DNA of 64,000 nt from IMG/VR virus record IMGVR_UViG_3300050821_001428, positions 1-64,000 of that record. The stretch is one strand, 5' to 3'. How positions within the stretch are numbered: the stretch's first letter is position 1; the number at the start of each line of letters is the position of its first letter. Under the pieces are notes generated by a model, which searched no databases, had not been told where the DNA came from, and was given only the letters and a program-made list of their open reading frames with translations. The stretch comes from a virus. Made by a program: the position numbers and the translations under genes. Below, piece after piece: positions 18,132 to 28,660 of this stretch.

Positions 18132-20471
18132 TCAAGTACGGCGAATCATTGGGCTACTGCCGCGTAGATCCGGGCGATGCTGTATTTCATTAGGCATATA
18201 CCAAGCGGTCGCTCCCCAAGCTTGCATCTTGCCTTTTTGTAGGAATGGACCTTGATTAAACAATACCTCTACCATGCCGGTGGACGGATGCACACCTCTA
18301 ACCTCGCCAATAGTACCAGCGGGGATCTGAATTGGCTGACCTACACCACCATACCCCGGGTCACCAACCATAGTTCCCCAATCATCGTTTTTCGCCTGTA
18401 CCATTTCGCCTTCAATAAACATATCTGCGCTCTCTTTGATAGACGAATAAGTACCACCTGGGTATTGGATAGGATTAGCTGGCGATGGTGGTTTCTTACC
18501 GGGGACAGACCCATTAGGATCGACATCAATAGGTTCTAGTGGAGCCTGCGGCAGTGCTGCTTCAGGATTACCAGGACCGGCCGTAAAGCCTTCTGATTCA
18601 TCCGGCCCGAATGTCCGTTGCATAGTACCGGTATCCGGTCTAGGAGTCAAGCCAGGGATATTTGCTCCGGGTTGATTAGGGGCAAAATTCATTATAGGAT
18701 TATCTTTGAGTGGCGAGAACTGACTCATATCTCCTTGACCGTTTGGCGCAGGATTATCATTGCCTTCGCCAGTATCAAGTGGCATTGACTGAGCTAACCA
18801 CCATAAGGCCATCAAATGAGCACACGGAGCATTCTGATATTGCTTCCATTGTCTTGTTCTAGGAGTATTCATGAAAGCCCCCCAATCGCAATTATGACAA
18901 GCAATACCAGGAGCCATGACATATGTATGTTCATCAAGCACTTCAATGTTATACACTGGTCCACTATATTGCTTATATTCTGGTTCTCGCAATGCTTGTA
19001 TGACTCTATTGTTCTCAAAGTAATGCTTACCTTGTCCCTTCCCACCATTTGTACGCCAAGCAATTGTATAAAGATCTTTGCCTCCGGGTACTAGAGCCGT
19101 AGCATTATCTGGATAGTGACAGATAACACTCTCTCGACCAGTACGAGCTAGTAGATAACGTAATTGATTAACAAGTGTCTCGCTAGCGGTAGCAATACTG
19201 TCACGAACGCCCATATTACCGCGATTACCATCTCCATCTATCCAGGCATTTAGAAAATGCTTGATAGCATCCTGCGGAGCTTGCATAATACGTGCATCAA
19301 TGTGCTTAGATCTTGCACCTGTTCCAAATAGACCTTTGAATACTTGTACTAAAGGCCATGAAGCGCAGCAAACAACTGTACCGTGATCCTTATATTCGAC
19401 CCATGATTTTAATCCATAATATTTTAAAATATCTTGAACTTCAGCAACAAGATGATCTTCACGGCCTTCATAATCAAATGTCCATCGAACTTCATGAGTG
19501 TGAGTAGAAACAAGATTACCTTCTGCCATATATAATCCCGCAAGACGTGCAAAACGCTGATCAAAATGTATTGAGGCGGGCATCGAGGATGCGTTTTTAT
19601 TAAAAGGTCCACTAACTAATTCTGGATGTATATTCCATAACTTATTCATTTTACGAAGTCTATCTGTGTTAGCATCCCAACCATATGAATCGTTCAGATA
19701 ATCAAGGACATCGATATAGAACCCAGCTTGATTGGTAGCTTGAGGATAATAAACTAAATCTCCTTGCACAAAAGAATCAGCTTCACGAATGTTATCCTGA
19801 TCATCAAAAATAGGGTGATTGCTAGTTACCCAAATCCCCTCGGTGCTGCCTGTTGGCTGTAGCAAGACTGCTTTTCCATCATAATCATTCTTATGAAGAT
19901 GACTCACAATCCCAATTCCACCACTAGCCGTTAGTACGCGATCACCTTCACGCATATCTTCCACAGCTTTAGTCGAACCGTCCGCCATAATAATCTTGCC
20001 GCCAGGAAGAATGCATTGACAGTGCCCCGAAATAAGACCGTTTTGACTTCTGGGAGATTGGTTAGGATCGCGCTGAATTTCTGGTTGATAAGTACCATGG
20101 TCACCAATAACCGTACCGCTGATAAAATCAGGCATATTATCGTGTACATGCACCTTATTTGTGCGAATCAGACGTAAAGCCTTACCTTGAACTTCTTCAC
20201 GATTATTACCATTCCAACTGACAGGAGTGGCGATCTTACCAAAAGCTTCAATTTGATTAGATATAAGGCGGCGGGTAAACATGCGATCTTTAGATGTACC
20301 ACCCTCGACTTGCAAGTGATATTGTCCCGGTACGGGAGAATACCAAAACCAATCGGTTGATCCAATAGAGCCTTCATGTGCCGGTAGTTGGGGAGCCTCG
20401 GATGCAATAATTTGATCCAAATAGGCATCAAACCAAGTCTCTTGAGATTCGGATGTAAGAACCGTCCACAT
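18132..20471 (-). CDS. SWIM zinc-finger virion-module protein with an intein
   Basis: exteins rejoin as GHCQ|CDWG...PCAH (CxC...CxH, SWIM). Confidence 0.75.
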   Translation of the reverse strand: MWTVLTSESQETWFDAYLDQIIASEAPQLPAHEGSIGSTDWFWYSPVPGQYHLQVEGGTSKDRMFTRRLISNQIEAFGKIATPVSWNGNNREEVQGKALRLIRTNKVHVHDNMPDFISGTVIGDHGTYQPEIQRDPNQSPRSQNGLISGHCQCILPGGKIIMADGSTKAVEDMREGDRVLTASGGIGIVSHLHKNDYDGKAVLLQPTGSTEGIWVTSNHPIFDDQDNIREADSFVQGDLVYYPQATNQAGFYIDVLDYLNDSYGWDANTDRLRKMNKLWNIHPELVSGPFNKNASSMPASIHFDQRFARLAGLYMAEGNLVSTHTHEVRWTFDYEGREDHLVAEVQDILKYYGLKSWVEYKDHGTVVCCASWPLVQVFKGLFGTGARSKHIDARIMQAPQDAIKHFLNAWIDGDGNRGNMGVRDSIATASETLVNQLRYLLARTGRESVICHYPDNATALVPGGKDLYTIAWRTNGGKGQGKHYFENNRVIQALREPEYKQYSGPVYNIEVLDEHTYVMAPGIACHNCDWGAFMNTPRTRQWKQYQNAPCAHLMALWWLAQSMPLDTGEGNDNPAPNGQGDMSQFSPLKDNPIMNFAPNQPGANIPGLTPRPDTGTMQRTFGPDESEGFTAGPGNPEAALPQAPLEPIDVDPNGSVPGKKPPSPANPIQYPGGTYSSIKESADMFIEGEMVQAKNDDWGTMVGDPGYGGVGQPIQIPAGTIGEVRGVHPSTGMVEVLFNQGPFLQKGKMQAWGATAWYMPNEIQHRPDLRGSSPMIRRT
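18891..20015 (-). mobile_element. intein with LAGLIDADG endonuclease (375 aa)
   Basis: CILPGG start, TSNHP block B, LAGLYMAEG and FLNAWIDGDG, VYNIEV, HN|C end. Confidence 0.92.
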
Positions 20472-20472
20472 A

Positions 20473-21846
20473 CTATCTATTATATGACTGTCTATTGATA
20501 CCCGTAATATTTACGGCATCTCCTGTAGCAGCCTTCCACATCTCGTCAACTTCAGGAGTCTTATACTTGGCAAGATTACCATCGCCAACCTGCATAACCT
20601 TGTTATGAGGCACAAATTCCCATTTTCCACCAGGGCTGCTGAATCCTGTTAATGCCTGACGATCATCAGGATTTTCTGGCCAGTTGGGTATTGGCCAGAA
20701 TCTATTTTCTGCTGTAGATTCTGGCCCTCTATGCCATGGATCATCCAAAGGGATTTTATCGGTATGTCGCCAATAACCTTCCATTTGTACAGGAGCGCCA
20801 TTACGCATTCTAACTTCATGTTCACCACCCCAATTAGGATCTAACATATATGTTTGGTGGCCATGATCGTATGCATGATTCGGATCGGTTAAAGTTCCTT
20901 GCCAAATAATTCTATTTGGATACCCTTTAAGATATCGATCAGTATTCAACGGATTGGTTGTCCAGTGTCTACCAACAGAGATATCTTTATCCGAGACTCC
21001 GTAAGGACGATCTTCAACTCGCCACATACGCGTACCACTAGGTCGATCACGCAAAATAGGTATATTTTGTTCATCGAATCTACGCGTGTCATTCTTGAGA
21101 TAATCTAATTGCTCAGGTAAATATTCCTGATGAGTTCTACCGAAGGCAGCGGTATGTGTCGACATTAATTGATGTATTTTGTCGATTAACCCGCTACGCT
21201 CAAGAACCTTGTAAGCAATATTAGCGGGGCCAAAGTCTCCCTTTGTGTCATCCCTCTGACGGCGCTTGTGAATCTGCTCATAATACATCATCGCCTTATC
21301 CGGTTCATACTTGAGTAAGGATTCCATTTTATCAGCCGCTTCTAGTCCAGCAACATACCAAGCGTTTTCTTCCTTCTCTATATTCATAATGCGCTTACGA
21401 TCTGGCGGCTCGATCCAACGGTGATCGTCAATACTATAACCTGAGCGAATATGAGACTGATATTTATCGGCAGGTTTGACATCAGAAGGCATTACATATA
21501 CTTGCAATAAGTATTGTGTACCGGATAATGGCACGCCATCGAGTTCATTGACCATTATGCCAATCATCTCGGCCCTTGACCATTCTGGTAATTTTTCTGA
21601 ATCTACAAAAAGGTTTACATCAACATCTGATTCGGGACTATACTGAAGGGTGGTCAAAGAACCGCTGATATATAATTTGGCCCATTTAATAGGATCAGCA
21701 TACCCATGGCGTTCAAGAGTATCATAAATATGCTTTGTAATGAAATGAGCATATCGTGGTTTTAGATTAGGTTGATCAGCATCGGGATCGTCCCATATTT
21801 CAGGTAGAGATGGGTGAATCGGATCTAGAATTGAACTTTGAATCAT
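20473..21846 (-). CDS. Pol-beta-type nucleotidyltransferase fused to an R-S/T-E ART-like domain
   Basis: ISGS...SDVDV NTase motif; C-terminal MWRV...HWTT...EHEV. Confidence 0.65.
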   Translation of the reverse strand: MIQSSILDPIHPSLPEIWDDPDADQPNLKPRYAHFITKHIYDTLERHGYADPIKWAKLYISGSLTTLQYSPESDVDVNLFVDSEKLPEWSRAEMIGIMVNELDGVPLSGTQYLLQVYVMPSDVKPADKYQSHIRSGYSIDDHRWIEPPDRKRIMNIEKEENAWYVAGLEAADKMESLLKYEPDKAMMYYEQIHKRRQRDDTKGDFGPANIAYKVLERSGLIDKIHQLMSTHTAAFGRTHQEYLPEQLDYLKNDTRRFDEQNIPILRDRPSGTRMWRVEDRPYGVSDKDISVGRHWTTNPLNTDRYLKGYPNRIIWQGTLTDPNHAYDHGHQTYMLDPNWGGEHEVRMRNGAPVQMEGYWRHTDKIPLDDPWHRGPESTAENRFWPIPNWPENPDDRQALTGFSSPGGKWEFVPHNKVMQVGDGNLAKYKTPEVDEMWKAATGDAVNITGINRQSYNR

Positions 21847-21940
21847 ATCTATTTATTATCTCTCAGGCCCATTGAACTTTATCTTCTATTCGTCTGACCT
21901 TTTTGGAGGTCTACTAGACTATAATTCAAGATTTTCTAAG

Positions 21941-24805
21941 TTACATATATTGTTTTGCTAGATTCATTAAATCGTTATGGTTATTCAACGTAGGTTGTTC
22001 TATTACAAGATCAAGTAGATTGCGTAGAGTCTGGCCGATTTGAGCACCTTGTGGCATTCCCATACCGATTAAATCATTGCCATTAATAGCAAGATTATTT
22101 AAATCAGTGGGCTGTTGTCCCTTACGTACCTCATCTACGCGAGTTCTCATTTGATCTACAGGTGTCCTAGCTTCATAGTAGGCGGAATCCTGACCCTTAT
22201 CACCCATATCTGCCTGGCGTAAGTTTAGCAGATCATCTGCGTGTTCATCCCCTACTCTATTAAGGAATTTTCTAGCACCTTTTTGAGAATCGAAAGCAGG
22301 GAACATGTGATTTGATACTAGATGCTGCACCCGCTTAATACGTGCTACCGGATAGTTGAGATGGCGTAAACGATCTTCCGCCATCTTAGCACCTACATGT
22401 TCGTGGTCAGCACCGAATACCTCACCGGAAGGTAAATGCTTCTCGTAATAGTGGTTGTGATTAGTAACGGGATCTTTCCATGCAGACGCTGGCTTACCAA
22501 TGTCGTGAAGCATTGCTGCCATACGAACATCTGGGTCCGGTGTAAGCTGCGATGTATTCCCCAATACATGCATTAGGTGATCTCCTAATGGATATTTGTG
22601 ATGAGGATTAGATTGGTCAAAATCCCAATTATCATCAACCTCCGGGAAGATATGCTTAAGGATACCCGTATCATGTGCCAATCTTATAGCCGCTGCTGGA
22701 TTGTGGGAACCGATTAGTTTATCTATTTGCTTGTTAAGGGCATCGGATGACTCACCGCGTAGCAAGTGTGCGTTAGCTGCCATTTCACCGCGAGTCTGCT
22801 CGTCGGGGTGGAGGCCGAATCGTGAATGTGCTGTGAGCGCACGCACAAGCCTAGTTGGGTCTTCTCGGAATGAGTCTGGATGAGTTGTTCTAAGTAGATT
22901 CTTTTCAAGATCATTTTGTCCACCATGCGGGTCTATTATATCTCCAGTATCTAAATCTACTGCCATCGAATTTACAGTAAAATCACGACGCTCAAGATCC
23001 TTATCAATAGGTAAATTGTGATCTACAGTGATAACTCCTTCGCCTCTGCGGGACGTTTCGTATTTATCTTGTCTGGGCAGAGCAATCTCGACTTCGTGGC
23101 CATCGTGACGGTAACGATAGACACCAAAACGCTTCCCTGTTAGATCAACTCGGCCAGGTAGTTTAGAAAGAATATTATCAATCTCTTCGGTAGGAAGTCC
23201 GGCCACCATAAGATCAAGATCCTTAGGATTCTCACCACGCAAAACATCTCTTACTGCGCCGCCCACCACATATACCTTACCTCCTGAAAATCTCAATGCA
23301 TCATAAGCAAGACTAGCCGCCGGATCAGCGCTCGTAAGAACTCGTAAGAATTGTCCGGGGTCCATCTGATTTGCACTTATACCCGAAGTTGTACTCCATC
23401 GGTTGGTATAGGGATGGAGTACATTAACTAAAACAGAGGGTTCGTTCTTCATAATAGCAGCGCTAGCTCCATGATGTCCATCCTGCACAATCGTGCGATT
23501 CTTATTATCTTTTGCTCCTATAATAGGGTGAGAGTCAGGATAATTCAAAGCATGTTTCACACCATCTTGCGTTACATATTCTTGAGTAGGCACTAATTGA
23601 GAAACCGGAACCATCTCTTGATGCCATTCTGCTACATTAGGATCAGTATTACCAAGAACTGCCTCCTTGATATTAGGATCAAATGGATGGGACCATAGTT
23701 GACTAGTAGCTATCTCGTCTTGGGGATTCAAAGATACCCCGTACTGATTCTGCCACCAATTCTGCCAATTTGGGTCTAACGCCATGCTCTGTTTCGTATT
23801 GGTCAAGAAGGGTGTTAATTTCTCCTTCTGCCAATTCGGGACAATTGTGTCGGTAATAATCTTTCCATCGCTTGAGATGGTTTCCAATGTATTCGATGTA
23901 TTCTGAATGTTCCATGCGTCTATTATACTCCCAACCCGCCTTAATCTCATTGGATCTACATAGGACGTGTACCATCCTCCTGCGACCTGCTGTGATCCAG
24001 TATTATCGGGCTGTACCTGTAATCCTGCTCCATTGACCTGATAGATTACAGGTTTGTGTCCCATCTCTTGGATCTCCTGAGCATATTGCTGGGCCTTAGC
24101 TAGATTATCCCACAGATATACTCCGTCATCCCAATCGTCCACATTATCCCAGGGAGCGCTCTTAGCGCGAGTATTATCTAACCCATGCTGCTGAATTGAT
24201 TCAATTGCTGGTTCGGTAGTTACGTGATAATAAACTGGTCCTGCTGTTCCAACCTTGTGGGTTTTTCCTTCATGTTCTATTTCTAAGCTTGTAATCTCCA
24301 TTTGGGGAAACTGGGAAATCCAACAATTTTGTATGCTACGCGTGGTATAGAGAGCAGTATTAGACGGATAGATAATCATCTTACCGCCAGGTTGATACTC
24401 ACCCTCTACGATTGCAGCTTTAGAAAATTCGCCCCTATAAGGTTTGATGTCTCTAGTCTTTTCTCCCTCAAATCCTATCTGAATGTGGTTCTTATGCACA
24501 TCATAAATAAAAGGAATGGGAGCATTAATCAGATCTTTAGGATCTTTCCCTTTGCTCTTGGCTAGTATAGCAGCATTCCCATACTGTTGGAGGAATACAT
24601 TGAGGCCGTGATCAACTTCTGAATCGACCGCAGAGATATGTACTATCTCGCCATCTTTTGTTGCACCATATCCCACCTGCTGGCCTCTATAGAAAGCTCC
24701 GTAGAATTGATATGAATCATCATAACCAAAAAGTTCCTTATATATGGAATAATCTACGAATCTCTCTGGTGGTGTGGTTAATGGAATATATGCTATTTTA
24801 CGCAT
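21941..24805 (-). CDS. cca: multidomain CCA-adding tRNA nucleotidyltransferase with HD domain and N-terminal ART-like and ParB-like domains
   Basis: VVGGAVRD...KDLD, DLERRDFTVN and FREDPTRLVRA; LHDIGKP (HD); YYHVT...IQQHGL...GVYL (ART-like); LVPTQ...QDGHH (ParB/Srx-like). Confidence 0.85.
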   Translation of the reverse strand: MRKIAYIPLTTPPERFVDYSIYKELFGYDDSYQFYGAFYRGQQVGYGATKDGEIVHISAVDSEVDHGLNVFLQQYGNAAILAKSKGKDPKDLINAPIPFIYDVHKNHIQIGFEGEKTRDIKPYRGEFSKAAIVEGEYQPGGKMIIYPSNTALYTTRSIQNCWISQFPQMEITSLEIEHEGKTHKVGTAGPVYYHVTTEPAIESIQQHGLDNTRAKSAPWDNVDDWDDGVYLWDNLAKAQQYAQEIQEMGHKPVIYQVNGAGLQVQPDNTGSQQVAGGWYTSYVDPMRLRRVGSIIDAWNIQNTSNTLETISSDGKIITDTIVPNWQKEKLTPFLTNTKQSMALDPNWQNWWQNQYGVSLNPQDEIATSQLWSHPFDPNIKEAVLGNTDPNVAEWHQEMVPVSQLVPTQEYVTQDGVKHALNYPDSHPIIGAKDNKNRTIVQDGHHGASAAIMKNEPSVLVNVLHPYTNRWSTTSGISANQMDPGQFLRVLTSADPAASLAYDALRFSGGKVYVVGGAVRDVLRGENPKDLDLMVAGLPTEEIDNILSKLPGRVDLTGKRFGVYRYRHDGHEVEIALPRQDKYETSRRGEGVITVDHNLPIDKDLERRDFTVNSMAVDLDTGDIIDPHGGQNDLEKNLLRTTHPDSFREDPTRLVRALTAHSRFGLHPDEQTRGEMAANAHLLRGESSDALNKQIDKLIGSHNPAAAIRLAHDTGILKHIFPEVDDNWDFDQSNPHHKYPLGDHLMHVLGNTSQLTPDPDVRMAAMLHDIGKPASAWKDPVTNHNHYYEKHLPSGEVFGADHEHVGAKMAEDRLRHLNYPVARIKRVQHLVSNHMFPAFDSQKGARKFLNRVGDEHADDLLNLRQADMGDKGQDSAYYEARTPVDQMRTRVDEVRKGQQPTDLNNLAINGNDLIGMGMPQGAQIGQTLRNLLDLVIEQPTLNNHNDLMNLAKQYM

Positions 24806-26196
24806 TATGCACCTTCAAGTCCATTCCATGCACTCTCACCAATAGGTTGTGTACCGAAATCTACTTGTTGATTTCTTTCAAACGGTGTTTTAGGAAATGG
24901 ATCTTGAGGTACTTGGCTCATATCGGGATGATGAACGTCCTTATCATGAAGAATAAGCTCGTTGATCTTATCGAACTTGGCTCCACAACTCTCACACTCT
25001 AGATTATTAGCTTGGGATATATCCCCTAATTCACTCTCAGGTTCAGCGTCTTGATCGCCCAGATTATGTTGGTCTAAATGTGGCATATTCTTCATCTTAT
25101 CGAGCATATTACCACCACCTGGGTAGGTAGCCTGTGGCCTCCATGTTAATTTATATCCAAAATCTTCTGCCCATTCTTGTATAGCGGCTCTAGCCGAGCC
25201 TACTTCTTCAAGACAGTTTGCCATGTTAGCTATTATATCAATCTTTCTGCCATGAGGTAATGGAGTTTTAGCAATCACTAGATGGCCATCTGGACGAGTC
25301 TTATACCACATCGATTTCTTAGCACCAAAACTATCATCAATCGGCTCACCATGTGAATCTAGCATACCTTCGAAATTCCATCCGATGGAATCTGAAAACT
25401 CTTCCAGTTGTTGGTGAACGTTGTTAAGCGCCATATTAGAGGTTACGAACCACGTCACGCTACCATCGATCACTTTACCATATCCAACGGTAATAGGACC
25501 GTTGCTCTGATCCGAGGTACCAGCAAAATTTAATAATTCATTATGATCGTGAACCGGAGATACATGAAGCTGGCCATTAGCAAATACAAAACGATATTCT
25601 TCGGCAGGATCGGACATAGACGTAGGTTCATCGTGTATCATCGGTCCATTATTCTGCCAATCCTCCTGCTTCTGTGGTGTCTCTCCGGGATGCGCCGTTG
25701 GACCCATTAAATCCGCCTGCTTAAGCACACCGCCGCGCATATAAGCATCGGCGCGCTTAGCAAATACCTCGCTACGATCATGTTTGGTATTAGGAACAAT
25801 ACGGAAATCTCTATATAACGGATGAGTAGAACGAACGTATACCGATGGGCCTAGCATCCAACGTTTATGATGAGGTTCCAAACGGATAAGATCGCCGCTT
25901 TCATCTGTCTGTCCATCAACACTGGGATCGATCGGAGGCTTACTAAACAGGTCGCCTGTTAGATCAATAATATATTCCTTATCAGGGCTGACCCAAAAGT
26001 AGTGCCCCCTTTTTATACCTACGAATCCACCAAGCCGCTTTTGTAACCATCTAGACGTTACGTAACAACATCCCTGGGAAGGGTCAGGATGACCTTGATA
26101 AGCCGGATGGCGTGTATCTTCACCCCATGCTAATTCAGCGGCACGCTGAAGCTCGCTAAGGCGTTCTTGTGATATACTGTCGGGATTAAATGACAT
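24805..26196 (-). CDS. multidomain protein with a YunG-like papain-fold N-terminus and a C2H2 finger
   Basis: W..DT...P..GCCYVTS, HYFW and IDLTGD; CESC...H...H. Confidence 0.55.
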   Translation of the reverse strand: MSFNPDSISQERLSELQRAAELAWGEDTRHPAYQGHPDPSQGCCYVTSRWLQKRLGGFVGIKRGHYFWVSPDKEYIIDLTGDLFSKPPIDPSVDGQTDESGDLIRLEPHHKRWMLGPSVYVRSTHPLYRDFRIVPNTKHDRSEVFAKRADAYMRGGVLKQADLMGPTAHPGETPQKQEDWQNNGPMIHDEPTSMSDPAEEYRFVFANGQLHVSPVHDHNELLNFAGTSDQSNGPITVGYGKVIDGSVTWFVTSNMALNNVHQQLEEFSDSIGWNFEGMLDSHGEPIDDSFGAKKSMWYKTRPDGHLVIAKTPLPHGRKIDIIANMANCLEEVGSARAAIQEWAEDFGYKLTWRPQATYPGGGNMLDKMKNMPHLDQHNLGDQDAEPESELGDISQANNLECESCGAKFDKINELILHDKDVHHPDMSQVPQDPFPKTPFERNQQVDFGTQPIGESAWNGLEGA

Positions 26197-26226
26197 AGAT
26201 AATCACATATTATGTGCTGCTTATGC

Positions 26227-26706
26227 CTAGACGCTTGATACGTGAGGATAATCGCTTTTAAAATCCTTTGCTGGATTCTGGAACTTAATATTATCCAACA
26301 AACGCGGAGCGTTATATTTAGGCCAACTATATGCACCTTCCTTAATCGTCCCATCGTCCCAATGTTGCTGTAAAGGCATCTCCTTAGCGTGGATCTCAGC
26401 AGTATCGTTACGATAATCGAGCACTACTAATATCCCAAGAATACCTTTAAGCCCCATCTCGGCAGTCGCCTGATTCTTATCCTTTGTATTCCGAGGATAA
26501 TTCCCTCTACGTTCCTCAGGATCATATCGGTGCTTTGGGTCATATTTATTTACCGTCTTAACGTCAATCCCCCACTCGGAGGTTGCTCCGTCTAATGGCT
26601 GAGAGCCAGAACTATCCCACCAAATAATAGCACCGTAATCTGATAGCTTACCCAATTGTGCAACTATTTCTTTACCTAAATCATTCTGAGTCTCAGCGTC
26701 AATCAT
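26227..26706 (-). CDS. hypothetical protein, possible PD-(D/E)xK nuclease
   Basis: PLD...WGIDVK motif. Confidence 0.45.
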   Translation of the reverse strand: MIDAETQNDLGKEIVAQLGKLSDYGAIIWWDSSGSQPLDGATSEWGIDVKTVNKYDPKHRYDPEERRGNYPRNTKDKNQATAEMGLKGILGILVVLDYRNDTAEIHAKEMPLQQHWDDGTIKEGAYSWPKYNAPRLLDNIKFQNPAKDFKSDYPHVSSV

Positions 26707-26948
26707 TATTTATCAGTTTTATCGGTGATATCTGATTGGGGACTCTTTGGCAGAGAGAAGATCAATTCTCCATCACAAAAGGCACATGCAATAATAGGAA
26801 TCCCGTAATCGGTTGTTGCAGGCACATTATGTGCATCTAATACAGATTGATATCTCTTGGGTTCTAGCTTCTGATGCGTCCATTGAGGGCGGCACGTCTG
26901 ACAGATATCCCCGGCTTTTGTAAGAAGACTAATCTTTTTCTTATCCAT
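26706..26948 (-). CDS. small zinc-binding protein
   Basis: CQTC...CAFC. Confidence 0.55.
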   Translation of the reverse strand: MDKKKISLLTKAGDICQTCRPQWTHQKLEPKRYQSVLDAHNVPATTDYGIPIIACAFCDGELIFSLPKSPQSDITDKTDK

Positions 26949-27657
26949 CTGCATTCTCATTTTTAAATATATCAACCAATGCCTTAGATGCCAACTCCTG
27001 ATAAGAGTCAGCCGCTAATATCGACAAGAAAGCATCAGCTACCAGTTCAGCCTCCGGTGTCAATGCAAATTTTAGAGTATACGGGAGTACAATATTACTG
27101 CTCTCAAAACGTTCAACTCCTACAACAATAAATGCTTCGGCCTTGGACAACGTTTCAAATGCACCTTCTAATGCATCAAGGAAACGTTCCTCATCCTTAC
27201 TAAGCTTACCCCCCTTTAGAGCATCTTCGATATCAGCCATAGCATTAATATGCTCAACATCAGACTCGGGAGCTTTCAACGCCGCCGTAGCTTGATCTTC
27301 TGTGTCATCGTCCATAGCAGCAATAAGCTGCTGTGCAAAATTAGAAATAACTTTCTTAATTTTTGTATCTTTGTCGTCTTTATTCTGACTAGCCATATCT
27401 GACTCCCTTGTTACTTGCTTTACTTTCTCAAAGTGTTCTGCAAACGTTAATCCATCCGGTGCTCCATTATATGACCAGTGGTTTTTGTCCCATTCAATCA
27501 CCACCATAGGGGATTGCCAACGATCTACTTTAATATCTCTAATCCAAGCCTCATTACCTATCGTTGTCATCCCGTTGTAGATCAACGGGTCTACGTGATC
27601 CTTAATACGAACTTTATCACCTATCTGAAATGGAAGTAAATCAAATTCAGTCATCAT
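26941..27657 (-). CDS. hypothetical protein (SH3/KOW-like N-terminus)
   Basis: FQIGDKVRIK; TAATATATGA motif at the start. Confidence 0.7.
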   Translation of the reverse strand: MMTEFDLLPFQIGDKVRIKDHVDPLIYNGMTTIGNEAWIRDIKVDRWQSPMVVIEWDKNHWSYNGAPDGLTFAEHFEKVKQVTRESDMASQNKDDKDTKIKKVISNFAQQLIAAMDDDTEDQATAALKAPESDVEHINAMADIEDALKGGKLSKDEERFLDALEGAFETLSKAEAFIVVGVERFESSNIVLPYTLKFALTPEAELVADAFLSILAADSYQELASKALVDIFKNENADG

Positions 27658-27685
27658 ATATTAGCCTGCGTTCCTTAGTATTGTC

Positions 27686-28003
27686 TTACCGTAGCCCGGA
27701 GTTTGTCCCCATACTGTTAGATAGATGTTCTGCATAATTGATAATCTCTGTCCGTAAGTCTAGCAGATCGTTGCAAATAAAATTCCGGTTAGAGGTACGC
27801 ATATCCTGATCTTCAATATCAGAGACAATTCTGTCAATATGGGCAGCCCAATCCTCAAAAGTTTTAGAATCAACGTGTGTATCTACCACCCGGGATTGAA
27901 TCTGTTTCTCCCGCTGATGTACAGTAGGATCGGTAGGATCGGTAAAATCCTGAGTGAATAAACTATTCTGACTAAATTGGCTAGAGCGCCTGAATTGGCT
28001 CAT
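27686..28003 (-). CDS. hypothetical protein
   Basis: ORF with likely start MSQFRR. Confidence 0.55.
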   Translation of the reverse strand: MSQFRRSSQFSQNSLFTQDFTDPTDPTVHQREKQIQSRVVDTHVDSKTFEDWAAHIDRIVSDIEDQDMRTSNRNFICNDLLDLRTEIINYAEHLSNSMGTNSGLR

Positions 28004-28361
28004 TATAGCGATACCGATCGTCCTTTGCCGGGTGTGCATAGTAGAATTCCATCAAAGCCAAGGCGTGCCAAGCTACGGCTGTGATATGTAGTGACGGATC
28101 TTGATCTGGAAAACTATCAGTATCCCAATCTTCACACTGCTTAAATTTATTTAAGTGACGTTCTAAAGCATCAATACTGAGCGACCAATCATACCCAAGT
28201 CGCCAATTGTTGGGTGCATATTTGGTCGCGCCTTTACCATAGTGCTCCGCTAACAACTCCAAAGGCAACGCAGGAATAAGACTAAATCTAGATAGTTTCT
28301 GACCCTTCTGACCGCCAGTATCTGGATCAGTGACAATCTCTTCTTTACTTACTTTGCTCAT
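27981..28361 (-). CDS. dATP/dGTP diphosphohydrolase domain protein (DUF5664-like)
   Basis: K.R.SLIP, GATKY..NNWRLG, ALERH and LH...AW motifs. Confidence 0.8.
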   Translation of the reverse strand: MSKVSKEEIVTDPDTGGQKGQKLSRFSLIPALPLELLAEHYGKGATKYAPNNWRLGYDWSLSIDALERHLNKFKQCEDWDTDSFPDQDPSLHITAVAWHALALMEFYYAHPAKDDRYRYNEPIQAL

Positions 28362-28660
28362 GCTTGTTCCTTATGTACGAGTCGGGTTACTATCTTACCA
28401 CCTTTAGCAGTTCTTTCAGCTTCAGGGTCTATCTCTCTCATTTTAATCGTTCTAAGTATTAGCGATATTGATGACGTACCCGTACTTCTGGGCGACTGCC
28501 CAGATAGCATTTTCGGCTTCGTCTTGAGCCTCAGAGGTAAGTTCCGATCCGTCTAATGTATGCATCGTAAGACATAATCCATTGACTGCTTCACGATATG
28601 TTCGGTGATCTTGTTGCTGGCTTTTCTTCATAATTTTTCTTACCTTTACTATACTTGGGA

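Noticed and set aside
27981-28361. Evidence for a modified-base (e.g. Z) genome from the dATP/dGTP diphosphohydrolase
   Set aside because: No purZ or other base-modification pathway gene in this window; the domain is common in ordinary phages
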